DNA from: Octopus vulgaris
Taxonomy: Eukaryota
DNA length: 64,000 nucleotides
Direction: 5' to 3'
Assembly: GCA_951406725.2 (NCBI GenBank)
Contig: OX597814.1
Span: 23,870,001 to 23,934,000 of the forward strand
Notes under the pieces: model-generated
Seen by the model: only the letters and a program-made list of their open reading frames with translations
Database searches by the model: none
Told to the model about the DNA's origin: nothing
Translations under genes and position numbers: made by a program
Shown: positions 52,087-64,000 of the stretch, piece by piece
Position numbering within the stretch: position 1 is the first letter of the stretch
How the letters are laid out: every line of letters begins with the position of its first letter

Positions 52087-55059
52087 TAAAGTATCAGAAG
52101 CATAATATAATTTTCAGGTTTTTAATACATTTGCTTGATGTCTAACTTTCTACTAACATTTGTATTTCCAATCGTTTAAATTTTTCTGTATAGATTTATT
52201 ATTTATCAGTATGATTCTGATTTTAAGAGAATCCCTTTTAAGATTCCTATCTTCTACAGCAACTTTTACTTTCTCATTGCCATGTGTAACTTTAGTTATA
52301 CATTTCTTTATATGAACTGAACTAATGCCTGTATGTGAAGGTGTGTGCAGATATAAAATTACCCTTATGCATTTCGAATACACCCCTTAACTATTATTGG
52401 GGAAGAAAAGTTTTCCTCAATAAGCTAAATATGACTAACATACAAGCAAATGACATTACTCTTAGAGTAATAGTAGAAAAATTTAATATGAGATTAAATG
52501 ATACCTGTGCCTAAAATTTGGTAATTTTACAAAAACCAGACACTCCCTACACTTGGCTTAATTTAAGTCAATCTATAATAATCGTTTATACTATAAAGTC
52601 ACAGTAACTATTTAATCGTATAATAAGCCCAATAATATTTTCGTATTATAATGTAAATGGAGAAAATATACCTGATAATAATCTAATATTTAATTGAAAA
52701 TACTGGTAACAGCCATCACAGATTGATTTCTCAGTATCAGCCCATTATGTACTTTCATTATTTGAAACTTCTCTCATACCACATCATTAAATAAATGATT
52801 ACTTTTATATATATAAATACTATTAAAAGAGTAGAAGCATAATCATTCAATTGACATTTTCTAATCTAAGATGTTTTTGTGTAGTTGTTTTCAAAATATT
52901 TGCTAATGGCTGGAAATATTTTCAGTACTTCAGTGAATGCAACTGAAGCAGTATTAAATTAAAATAACCATTTATGTATCATAATATATATACCGCATCA
53001 ATAGGCCAGTTACTGTGGTATTTGTCCTAAGATAACATCTCTTATTGATGTACTGTGTTAAAAACACAATAAATATCAGAGGGTGTCTAAAAATTGCCTC
53101 AGGAGCAACCAACAAGAACACCAGAAGCATTTCAGCCTTTTTGGACGTTTTCCAAGGCACATATTTGTAATCAGCCAAATGTTTGAATGAGAATTTGACT
53201 CCTTCCTCCAATTCAGAAAACAGTGAATAAAACAATCATCCAACCATATACAATTGAGACAATATAAAGCTAAAATAACTATTCCTATATCATATTAAAT
53301 GTATACACAGTGCTGATTGGCCAGTTACTATAATAGTCATCCTGCAAAAATATCATCCCCAATAAGTAGCTTGGACATTTTTTTATCTCCTGGTATATGT
53401 TCTATTTGAAACACAACACATACATAAGAGGTTTTATCTCAGACAAAAACCACAATAACTCGCCTGCCAATGGCTTATATATATAAAATATAACACATAA
53501 ATGGCTATTTTAGTAGTAAAGTTTTCATTTCCTATTTTGATCTTCTGGAGAAGTATTTCTTATATGGATAATATTGTAGGCTGCTGTCCCAAGAGGCAAG
53601 ACCATAGAAAATTCAAAAGTTAATTGAAATATGTCTTGGTTACCATATTTTCTTTCCATCTGTCTATCTGATTTTTGACCAGAAAATTCATTGGCAATTG
53701 TATGTTTAAGTTGTAATATTTCAGCGTATTATATCATTAAAAATTATCTCATCACACATTAAACAAAACCTGCTTAGATTGTGGCTTGCTGTTGGACAAG
53801 TCTATTTAGTTTCATCAAACTATCATTAATTTTTGTCCTTAAAAATCACTCTTCTCTATTTTAATATCAGCGATTAAATGATCTGAAACTGAAACTTGCA
53901 GTTCAACAAAGTTAATAACATGCTTTCAGAAACAACACAACTAATTTATCTGATAGTTAGTTTTCTAACTTTGATGCTTTATCATGTTTCAAATATCAGT
54001 GGGTGGTGAAGACAAATTAAATATTGGTTCAATCTCTGACTGAACAAAATGTGATAATATTTCCTCATAGCTAGACATGTTTTTCACAAAAGGCTAGAAA
54101 TGAAAACATTGCTTGTAGGACAGTGGTGTTTGTTTACAACCATTACATGATGTCAAGACAACACACAGGCTTCTTCTAGTTTCCATTTACCAAATCCACT
54201 CACAAGGCTTTGGTCAACCCAAGACTATAGAAGGAGAACACTTTGGTCAGCCCAAGACTATAGTAGAAGAACACTTGCCCAATGTGCTACACAGTGGTTC
54301 ATGTTTTGGGATGTGAACTTCTTAACCACTCATCCATGAAATACATCTTTAACAAGTAAAATCTGAAGCTTCTTATAAAAGTCCATATATAAGTATAGGG
54401 TGAAATATTTGTCTCAAAACTAAGAGTCTATTTCTACTACTGCTATTATTTGTAAATCCTATTATTTATGGAATTACATAATATTACAATTTTGATATTC
54501 CAAACATTAATATTTATATATTATTTAAAACTTGGTAACAGTCATATTTCAATATTTTCTTAGAATTTTCTCCTGACATTTACACTAATCATGTTATATG
54601 TTACCAAAGTGGATTACTAAGTTTTCATACTTTCCACTTTTTAAGTGTATTTGCCTTTATTATTACAATTTATTGCAGAAAATTTTAGCATTTGAATATT
54701 GAATATTTGAATATTGTAAATGTCCTGACATGACTATTTTTATCAGTAACTAATTAGGTAATCTTTGTTAAAACTTCAGCTTTCTAAAATAATTTTGTAT
54801 TTTACAGAATATCATCAAGGATTTTAGATGTGTTTTGTTCTTCATCTAGTCTTTTTGAAAGCACAAACTCTTTCAGTTAAACAAAACATTTGAAAGTTGA
54901 AATATTGTAGCTTTGCATTTCTTAGTGTTGTTATAATATGCACATATGTTTAGAAACTTACATTTAGAAAACATTTTTAAACTTTAGCATAATCAAAATT
55001 TTTTAGGTTTGAAAATTGGAAAGAATGACAACAGATCTAAGTAGATTTTTATATTTGGG

Positions 55060-55307
55060 TTTATCTTTCAGCTTTTCCTAGTCTCAGTCACTAAACTGGG
55101 GCCATGAAAATATTGACTACAGTGTAAGACTGGTTCCATATTCATTCTGTCTCTTACCAAACCACTGAATCATGGGGGAACATAAGCAAACCAACACCAA
55201 TTATGAAGTGGTGGTGGGATACAAACTCATACACACACATAAATATATATATATATATATATACATATATGTTTGTGAGTGTGTGTGTGTGGGCGTATGC
55301 ATATATG

Positions 55308-55345
<38 letters not shown>

Positions 55346-55600
55346 CATACACACATACAGGTATATACACATACAAACATATAGATAAAGATATACATAT
55401 GTATACGCACAAACATACACGCACACACATACACACACAGAGTGGGCTTCCCTGCATTTTTTGTCAACCAAATTCATTTGCAAATTTTGGGTCAGCCTGG
55501 GGCTCTACTAGAAGATAATTGCCCAAGTCTTCACACAGTGGAACTGAATCCAAAACCCCACAGTTTCAAAGAAAGCTTCTTAACCATACAGCCATACCTA
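55060..55600 (-). mobile_element. Old degenerate SINE family A
   Basis: Diverged tail, microsatellite and head. Confidence 0.7.
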
Positions 55601-55686
55601 GAGACAAATATATTTTCCATTGGTGATGAATGTCAGAATCTTAGTGTGGCGCAGGAGTAAATGGGGAAATTAGTAATCACATTTAA

Positions 55687-56237
55687 TCCTTTAGCATTTA
55701 AACTGGCCACATCCAGCTCAAATAGTCAACCTCTTTTATATTTAAACTGGCCAGATCCTGCCTCTCACACCTAACTTACAACATCGTTTTGAAAGTATAC
55801 AATCACATCATTGAAATCTCACTGCTACAAGATGATAAATGATTAGTTGAAGAGACTGCGAATAAATAAGCATTAGATTTCACATAGTAATAAAAAAAAA
55901 AACGATAAACGTCACCCTTTTCAAGCCTAGCCAGACTCATGGGCCTGGTTTCCCGGTTTCTGTGACGTATGTATTCCCCCCAGCTGAACGGGATGCCAGT
56001 CCATCGCAGCATTACTCAAGAAACAGAAAGAGAGAGTAAGGGAAAGTTGTGGTGAAAGAGTAGAACAGGGGTCACCACCACCCCCTACCAGAGCCTTTTT
56101 AGGTGTTTTTGCTCAATAAACACACACAACGCCCGGTCTGGGAATCGAAACCATGATCCTCTGACTGCGAATCTACTGCCCTAATCAATGGGCCATTGCA
56201 CCTCCACATTTGACAGAGTAATGCAAATACTAAAGGG
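55687..56237. mobile_element. piggyBac-like MITE (second family) with nested SINE at 55905-56207
   Basis: ttaa|tcctttagcattt ... aaatactaaaggg|ttaa; SINE flanked by atttcacatagtaat / atttgacagagtaat. Confidence 0.8.
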
Positions 56238-57512
56238 TTAAATAGTGGATTTATGCCACAAACATGTTATGTAATCAAGCATTATGAAGTAAAAAATGAC
56301 ATTTCCAGCATTGCGGTTACTTTTCATAAATTTATTCAATTATAAGACAGGGCAGTGAAATTTGAACTTGTGACTATGATATTTGTAACATATTATATAC
56401 TGTCTATCAACAAGACTTTTAACTCTGTGTGCCTGCAGCTAGACATATTGATGTGATTTCAACTTGATCAAATCATGTGGCTTTAGGAGATTCGTTTACT
56501 CAAACAACTTTATTGAGATATGTATCACCAAGGTAATAATTATTGTTGCTTATCTAGACAAGGAAAACATATAACATATGATATATAACATATATGATAT
56601 AATATAATATATACATATATATATTGTATGTGTGTGTATGTGTATATAAAATTGTGTGTAAAATAGCATGCTAAAACTTAATTTATTTTTGAAAATTTAT
56701 GAAATAAATTGGTATTGTGATACTTTGTTTTCATTGCTGTGCAGAGTTTGTGTTTCTGATGAAATATTACAAATTAAGATTCATTTTGTGTAAGCAAAAC
56801 AAGGAAGCTTGATATCTATATTAATTTGTTTTGCTATATTTGAGAAATTCTTTAATAGAGTATTATTATCAGCAAAGACGAGATGCAGAAAATTTATAGG
56901 TTTTGATAGAGATCATTGATATGTTAGAAATAGCTGTTGTTTAAATATTGACTCTCATGGGAGAATGATTAATGTATATAATCACAGAAACAAAACCAAA
57001 TCTTTATCTATAATGCAAATGTATATCTCCCCTCTGACGTAAGCAATTATGTATAGAACATGGCACTTGCAAGATTATTCATTACTTTCTACACTACTAT
57101 GGCATTATAACATTCTTCAATGATTGATATAAATTCCAGTTATGATTAGCTAATTCAAATAATCTATTTAATTGAAATGTCTTGAAGCTTTGAATTGTAT
57201 TATATTTTTTAAAACAGTATTCATGTGTTTAAACATGAAACACTCAAAGTCCATTGAATAGTATATGAAAAGAGAGAGCCTGGTGTAGACCAAATCTGTA
57301 CCTTAAAGCTCTTAATAATTTATATATTTACTTTTCTGAATTACAAGTAGAAGAAATGCAGAAGATTTATTACCAATGCATAGCTTACAAGTTGTTAGTT
57401 GCTACATAGTTAACTCATTTATAACCTTAGTATGAACGTTATATACTTCGGAATTTAGTAGGACATGTAAGTTCAATTATAGCCTACAATACTTATGTAA
57501 TTTTTATATATA

Positions 57513-57890
57513 CTATCAGTATCACCCGGCATTGCTCGGGTTTGTTTCGACCCTTTAGAATTGGAATTTTTGAAAAGTAAAAATTTTGCATTATGTAGCT
57601 TGTTATTCTTTTTAAGTGAACATTTTTCTGGTTGAAATACACCGAAAAATGGTGACATAGCAGTCAAAAAGTCAGGATTTTCATAGAAAAAAGCACCTGT
57701 TTGATATAAATAATTTTTGGTGTTAACATGGTCCAATTTTAATTTCTTTTCTACGGAAGGAAGAGCAAGCCTTCTTCTATCATACTTTCAATTTTGGTCA
57801 ACTTGTGTTGCAGGATCTTGGAGGAGATAGTGTTAGTTGAAGGCTACCAAACCTGCCATACACAGACAACTTCAGCTTTATATATAAAGA
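57513..57890 (-). mobile_element. Non-autonomous Helitron
   Basis: Minus strand starts tctttatatataaag; ends with cccgagcaatgccggg hairpin plus ATAG|T (CTAG variant). Confidence 0.8.
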
Positions 57891-58821
57891 GATATATTTT
57901 CTTAAATTTCATATTTTCATTTTCTTTCTCTCATATGTTTCATTTCTATTTCTTAATTGCTAAAAAATATGTCTAAGTTAAATTTTTTTAATAGGTTGCT
58001 CTAGAGTTATTTAAAATTAGGGAAAAAAACAAAAACAAAATGAATTGTTCATTTAAAATATCTATCTACCCAATATTATTTTACTGTCTATTACTCTATT
58101 ATCATACATTGTAGAATAACACAATATTTAGCTATTTCTGGTATACTTGACTGAGCCATATATTACTACAAACCACTTGTTGCAATATTCTTATGAAGTG
58201 TTAATGTATTACAATTTTCGTTAAAATATTTGCATCTAATTTATGTTTCTTTTTATTTCTAGAACTAATTTGTTTTAAATTTGTTTGTTTTCTATTATTT
58301 TTTCACCTTTAGTGTCTTACTCGTTAACGCTATTTCTTGCCAGTTCCTTGACTGTTATAGAAAATTATGAGCCCTATTGTCTAGATACAAGCAGTATTTT
58401 CTGATTCTGATGCTCGCAATTATTTATTCTTCAGATGCTTCTATTTTCAACATCATTGCAGATATTCCAGTCTGTTATACTATTTTGTTTTTCTTTGCTT
58501 GTAAGTATTTTTATTTCTTTATTCATTTTTCTTTTCTCTTAAAATCAATGTTCTTGTTGTGAAGGAATATCGAAGAAAGAAGTGATGTTGACTGGCATTT
58601 CTGAAAAAGTAGTAGACCTGTTCCCAATTTATTTGCAATATGTAATTTTCTTTTCTTCCTTCCATCATTAAACTATTTTCATTAAATACTTTGAGTTGTA
58701 AGCATGTTTATGTTTACCATGACAAGATCTGTTCAGGAAGTATACTTACACACACTTACTCAGACACAGATATAACATTGATATCAGCCTGTGTATACAG
58801 GTGTGATTATTTTATATTGTA

Positions 58822-59122
58822 CTAGCAGTATCGCCCGGTGTTGCTCGGGTTTGTAAGGGAAATAACTATATAAGCATTTTAGAGAGTTACTTCCCTTATA
58901 TAATAGCAAAAAAATGCATTAAAAATGGGAAAAAAGGATGGTAAATTTTTTTTAAATCGTAGACTCATCGTAGACGTGCGCTAATACCCAGAAGGGCTCG
59001 ATATGAATCACGACTATAAGATATCCGCTTTTGGTTAAATTGCACCGCAAAATGTGGGAGTAGTTAGGAATCTAAATCGTAGGAGACAGACACTCACACA
59101 ACTTCACTTTTATATATAAAGA
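58822..59122 (-). mobile_element. Non-autonomous Helitron
   Basis: A|TC...cccgagcaacaccggg hairpin...CTAG|T, canonical termini, no TSD. Confidence 0.88.
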
Positions 59123-59679
59123 TGTGAGTGAGAAAGTGAATGAGAGTGTGTGTGTGCACGTGTGTGTTTGTGTGTGTGTACATGTATGTTCATACTTGGG
59201 TGCCTTATACTCGAGGTAATTTTACCAAAGATATCTAGAGTTTTCTCACTCATTAGTAATATCAATTATTCTTATATATATTAATAAGATCACTTCACCA
59301 AAGCCAAAATTTTAAGTGAAGGGATAGTCACATTCAATCTAGATTTTTTATAACTTGAAACTTCATTAGATTCAATTATGAGATTCAAATCATTGACATG
59401 GAAGTCCTGAATTTTGTGTAAATGCTTCAAGATTAGAATTAAGTATTTAAAGGATTATGTAAAGACCTTAATTTAATTTTCTGGTATATAGGCTGTATCG
59501 GTGAATCAAAGAAAACTGAGAAAGCAGTAATTATGTTAATTTCAGAAGAATTAGGTTTCACAATTAAGATAACATGAGAATGAAGTGAAATGCTGTTGCA
59601 TATGAATTCCATAGAATCAAGAATAAAACATACAATAAAATTGAGTGTGAATATTTCATCATTGAGTATCATTTGACAT

Positions 59680-60809
59680 AATCAGGTATGAGTAGCCTTT
59701 TTCAAGACATGGGCCAGATAGTATGATTTCGGTGTGTGAACAGCTATGTTACATGGCAGTGAAACATGGGCTGTGACAGTCGAGAACAATCATAGGCATG
59801 AGAAAAATGTAGCCAGCATGCTTTGCTGGATGTACAATGTCACTGTGCGTGTTTGACAGAGTGTAAGCATCTTGAGAGAATAGTGGGCATAAGAGGCATC
59901 AGATGTGGTGAGCAAGAGAGATGAATGTGCTGGTATGGTCATGTGATGTGTCTGGATGAGGACAGCTGTGTAAAGAAGTACCAATCCCTAACTGTTGGGG
60001 GAACCTGTGGGAGAGGTAGCCTCAGGAATACATGGGACGTGATAGTGAAGCATGATCACCAAACTTTGGGACTCATAGAGGCAATGACTTGTGACCGAGA
60101 CCTTTGGTGATATGCTGTGCATGAGAAGACCTGTCAAGTCAAGTGTAATTGCAGTCATAGCTGATTCTGGTGTCATGTAACTGGTACCAGTGAAAGTGGT
60201 ACATAAAAAGCACATTTCAAGCATTGAGCCTCACGGATACAAAGTGGTTGAGCTCCTTTCGAATGTTAGGCATCATAGAGGCACTGATCGAGACGTTTGG
60301 TACTATGTTGTGCTTGAGAAGAAGACTCATCAAGCCAAGTAAAATCACAGTCATGGCAGATACCGGTGTCACACAAATGGCACCTGTGCTGGTGGCACAT
60401 ATAAACACCTTTTGAGTATTGGACCTCACAGAGGCAAGGACCAAACATTGGACCTTACAGAGGTAAGGACTAAGAAAATTTGGCATTATATTGGACTTCA
60501 GGGTAATGACTGAATCCATTTGGCATTTTGCCATGCTTGAGAAGAAGACCCATCAAGCCAAGTAAAGCCACAGTCATGGCAGATACTGGTGTCATGCAAA
60601 TGGCACACATGCCGGTGCCATGTAAGAACCCTCATTACACTCACGGAGTGGTTGGCATTAGGAAGGGCATCTAACTATAGAAACCATGCCAAAACAGACT
60701 GGAGTTTGGTGCAGCCTTCCAGCTTGCCAGCCCAGGTCAAACTGTCCAACCCATGCCAGCATGGACAATGGACATTAAATGATGATGATGATGATGATAA
60801 TGATGATGA
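59680..60809 (+). mobile_element. RTE LINE 3' fragment
   Basis: LHGSETWAVT and WYGHVMCLDEDSCVKK motifs, duplicated UTR modules, (GAT)n tail. Confidence 0.9.
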
Positions 60810-60908
60810 GCCACATGAGACATGGCTCATCATCACACGAGCAACACTACAAAAAGAAATTCTAAGATAATTTGTTGTTAGGTGTACTATTTACAAGGTC
60901 CTGCAATA

Positions 60909-61135
60909 AATTTCCCCATTTACTCCTGAGCCACAATAAGATTCTGGCATTCGTCACCAATGGAAAATAAATTTGTCTCTAGGTATGGCTGTATGGTTAA
61001 GAAGCTTGCTTTGAAACTGTGGAGTTTGGGGTACAGTTCCACTGTGTGAAGAGTTGGGCAGTTGTCTTTTACTAGAGCCCCAGGCTGACCAAAAATTTGC
61101 AAATGAATTTGGTTGACAAAAAGTGCAAGGAAGCC

Positions 61136-61185
<50 letters not shown>
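60909..61185 (+). repeat. Inverted duplicate of ~55430-55671 (unique flank plus SINE head plus (TG)n)
   Basis: Shares ~75 bp of non-SINE flank and private SINE mutations with the 55.5-kb copy. Confidence 0.85.
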
Positions 61186-61187
<2 letters not shown>

Positions 61188-61966
61188 TTGTGCATATATC
61201 TGTAATGTATATATGTATGTATATCTATATACTGGCTTGACTTGAGGGGTCCAAGTTTGAATTAGTGTTCTACAATTAGATGTTCTTCCTGTTGTAAACC
61301 CTTTTAATCTCTTTTTACAATGTGCAGAGGTGCAGTGCACTTATTGTAAAACTTGCTTACATACAGTTTTATATTTATATTATAATTATGCAAGAAACGT
61401 TAATTGCTGAGAAAAGTACTTAGCTTTTGTCATAACTCTATACAAGTATACTTCTAGTGAAATATATTCATGGTGCCATTTTAAGCACCAGCAGGAAATA
61501 TTTAACATTCTTGATAAAAGAATTCTCATTTATTCATTCAACTACTGAAGTCAGAAAAATAACATTCATTGTAGATTAATTCTGATCAATGAATATCTAA
61601 GCTTAAAACATAGTTATATATTTCATTTATTTCTTCTATTTGTAAAATAAGTAGTTTATCTGCATTTTGTTTTTATACTCATATTCAAAAAAATGTGTAT
61701 TTGAATAATAGAACTGCTTGAAATTTTCAAATGTGAAAGATATAGATTGAGTCTAAGAGGTCTGATGGCCACATATAGAAGCCATTCATTTAAAAGCCAT
61801 TGGTTTTCCTTCTCCTAAACAATATCAGAAAACACATGCATATTCAGAATAACATATTATTCCAACCAATAAACACTTAAAGGAAGAATACTTGTTATAG
61901 AAAAGAACAATTTGGGAAGATACCACATAAGTGTCTAAAGAGATAAGGAATATAATAAATATTTAA

Positions 61967-62174
61967 CCCTTTCGTTACCAACCTGGCTGAAACCGGCTCT
62001 GGCTCTGTTGTACAAATGTCTTGTTTTCTTAAATCTTCCACCAAACCTTAGTCACAATTTATGTTCCTAACACTAGCAGAATGATAACTAAGTTATTTTA
62101 CTAAATTCTTTGTTATATTTAAAGTAATTGAAAGAAACACAGAGCATCTCAAAATAAATACAGTAATGAAAGGG
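61967..62174 (-). mobile_element. piggyBac-like MITE
   Basis: Reverse complement of 21243-21463; ttaa / ctaa flanks. Confidence 0.85.
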
Positions 62175-62179
62175 CTAAA

Positions 62180-62730
62180 TACTGATTTCAAATTTTGGTA
62201 CAATGCCAGCAGTTTTGGGCGAGGGGTTAAGTTGATTGCATCAACCCCTGTACTTAACTCTTACTTATTCTATTAACTCCAAAAGTATGAAAGGCAAAGT
62301 CAACCTTGGCAGAATTTTAGCTCAAAACATGAAGACAGACAAAATGCCGCTAAGCATTCTACCTGGTGTGCTAACAATTCTGCCAGGTTACTGCCTTAAT
62401 AAATACTTAAATATTAATTGTTGTTTTAAAAATTCTTCATTTTTTATCTATTACTTGTTTCAGTCATTAGACTGTGGCCATGCTGGGGCACTGCTTTGAA
62501 GGTGTTTTAGTCTATAAATTGACACCAGTACATGCTTTTAAAGTCTGGTACTTGTTCAGATGATCTTTTGCCAAACCACTAACTTACAGGTATAGGAACA
62601 AAAACAAACTAACACCAATTGTCAAGTGGTTATGGGGATACAAACACAAATGCAAACACACACATAAACACACACACACACACACACATACACACACATA
62701 CACACATACACACACACATATGTATATATA
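62180..62730 (-). mobile_element. Degenerate SINE B (62180-62398) and partial SINE A (62445-62730)
   Basis: Homology to other copies in the window. Confidence 0.75.
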
Positions 62731-63045
62731 GTCCATAGATGAGATCTAGTAATTCTCCACATAGAAGACACTTAGTGCTCTAATGATTCAATCTTAGACT
62801 CCAATGTCTTTACAAGGGATCATTCCACAAAGCACAGAAATGGTATAAGAGGGATCGAGTTGAGTGGGTATAGAGGCAATTATGCAAATAAACAAATTAG
62901 ATACATTAAATATATTAAATACATTAAATATAATTGTTTGGGTATGAAATACAAAATATGTATTTAGGTATACATGCAAAATGAGAGAAAGCAAAAGGCA
63001 GAGACTTTCAGATGATGAATTTTTAAGTATAAATATATAGATATT

Positions 63046-63351
63046 ACGGAGATGTACTTGCATAGCGAGTGACTTGATCTAAGATCGTGTGCTGGAATGA
63101 AAACAATTGCAGCGTGGAAGGTGTTTATAAGCCATTTAAGAAACACACAAAAACCATTAGATTCACTTCAATATTTAAATTTAACTTGTCAAAATATTTT
63201 CGTCGCTTTGATGCAGCATGAATTTTTGTCAGTGAACAGGGTATGGATCCAAAGCAACGAAAATATTTTGACAAATTAAATTTAAATGTTGAAGTGAATC
63301 TAACGGTTTTTGTGTGTTTCTTAAATGGCTTATAAACACCTTCCATGCTGC
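63046..63351. mobile_element. Palindromic Penelope-like terminal-repeat insertion with 14-bp TSD
   Basis: TSD aatatatagatatt (63032-63045, 63352-63365); 105-bp inverted arms 63106-63210 / 63250-63354 with 5 transitions; hammerhead-like fold. Confidence 0.7.
63225..63275 (+). ncRNA. Hammerhead-like fold with G3-C8 swapped core
   Basis: tttgtca-GTGAACA-gggtatggatccaaagcaac-GAAA-atat-TT-tgacaaa. Confidence 0.5.
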
Positions 63352-63867
63352 AATATATAGATATTTATATTAATAAGTCCAAGACAGAGTACAAGCGACA
63401 GAGGAAATTAAAGGGGTGGAAGAAAGGTGTTATAAGTCCAACAGGCATTTCTGGGGGCTCAGAGATCCATTGTAAAATTGGTGGTTGTAGTTCATCACAA
63501 TACGCAGCCATAGGGATGCAATTAATATTGGATATGATGAGCCTTTGTCATCAGAGTAGAGAAGATCTTATCTTTCAGATCTTTTTCAGAGAAGTTCAAA
63601 GATGGAATGTTAATTGTTCAAAGATGCATCCATACGGTCACATATTGCACTGAACTACACATACCAGCATTACTATAGATGTCAGAGCCCCCAGAAACGC
63701 ATGTTGGATTTTTAACACCTATCTTCCAGCCCTTTAACTTACTCTGTCGTTTTTGCTGTATAAGTTGGCCCTATTAATATAAATATCTATGTATTTATAC
63801 TTAGAAATTCATCATTTGAAAGATTCCAGCTTTTGCTTTCTCTTCTCCTTTTGCATACATACATACA

Positions 63868-63967
<100 letters not shown>

Positions 63968-63979
63968 ATTTCATACCCA

Positions 63980-64000
63980 GTGGAGGTGCAATGGCCCTGT
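63980..64000 (+). mobile_element. Start of a family C SINE (cut by window edge)
   Basis: gtggaggtgcaatggccc matches the head of 18654-18961. Confidence 0.75.

Overview
AT-rich, repeat-dense eukaryotic DNA, intergenic or deep-intronic. I could not support any host protein-coding exon, rRNA, true tRNA or CRISPR array. Most ORFs in the track are microsatellite or transposon artefacts. The repeat repertoire (tRNA-derived SINEs with internal (TA)/(CA) tracts, (GAT)n-tailed RTE LINE ends) points to a coleoid cephalopod, most likely Octopus; this is an inference from recalled repeat families. Supported content: several SINE families with target-site duplications (TSDs), RTE and CR1 LINE fragments, two mariner relics, two hAT-like elements with 8-bp TSDs, four TTAA/piggyBac-like MITEs, three non-autonomous Helitrons plus one Helitron end, and Penelope-like elements (PLEs) with inverted terminal repeats. 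Highlights: (i) minimal type-I hammerhead ribozyme folds in PLE-type repeats, one with a canonical core (11119-11160; its second copy at 13539-13580 is mutated), one with U4C and a long stem II (43081-43166), and one with a swapped G3-C8 core (63225-63275); (ii) a TSD-bounded 1.44-kb retroposon encoding only a gag/ORF1-like protein (5017-6460); (iii) a hairpin nested inside a larger hairpin at 62.9-64 kb; (iv) a locus-specific inverted duplication about 5.2 kb apart; (v) a telomeric (CCCTAA)n insert inside an RTE minisatellite. Boundaries without a TSD or TIR are approximate.
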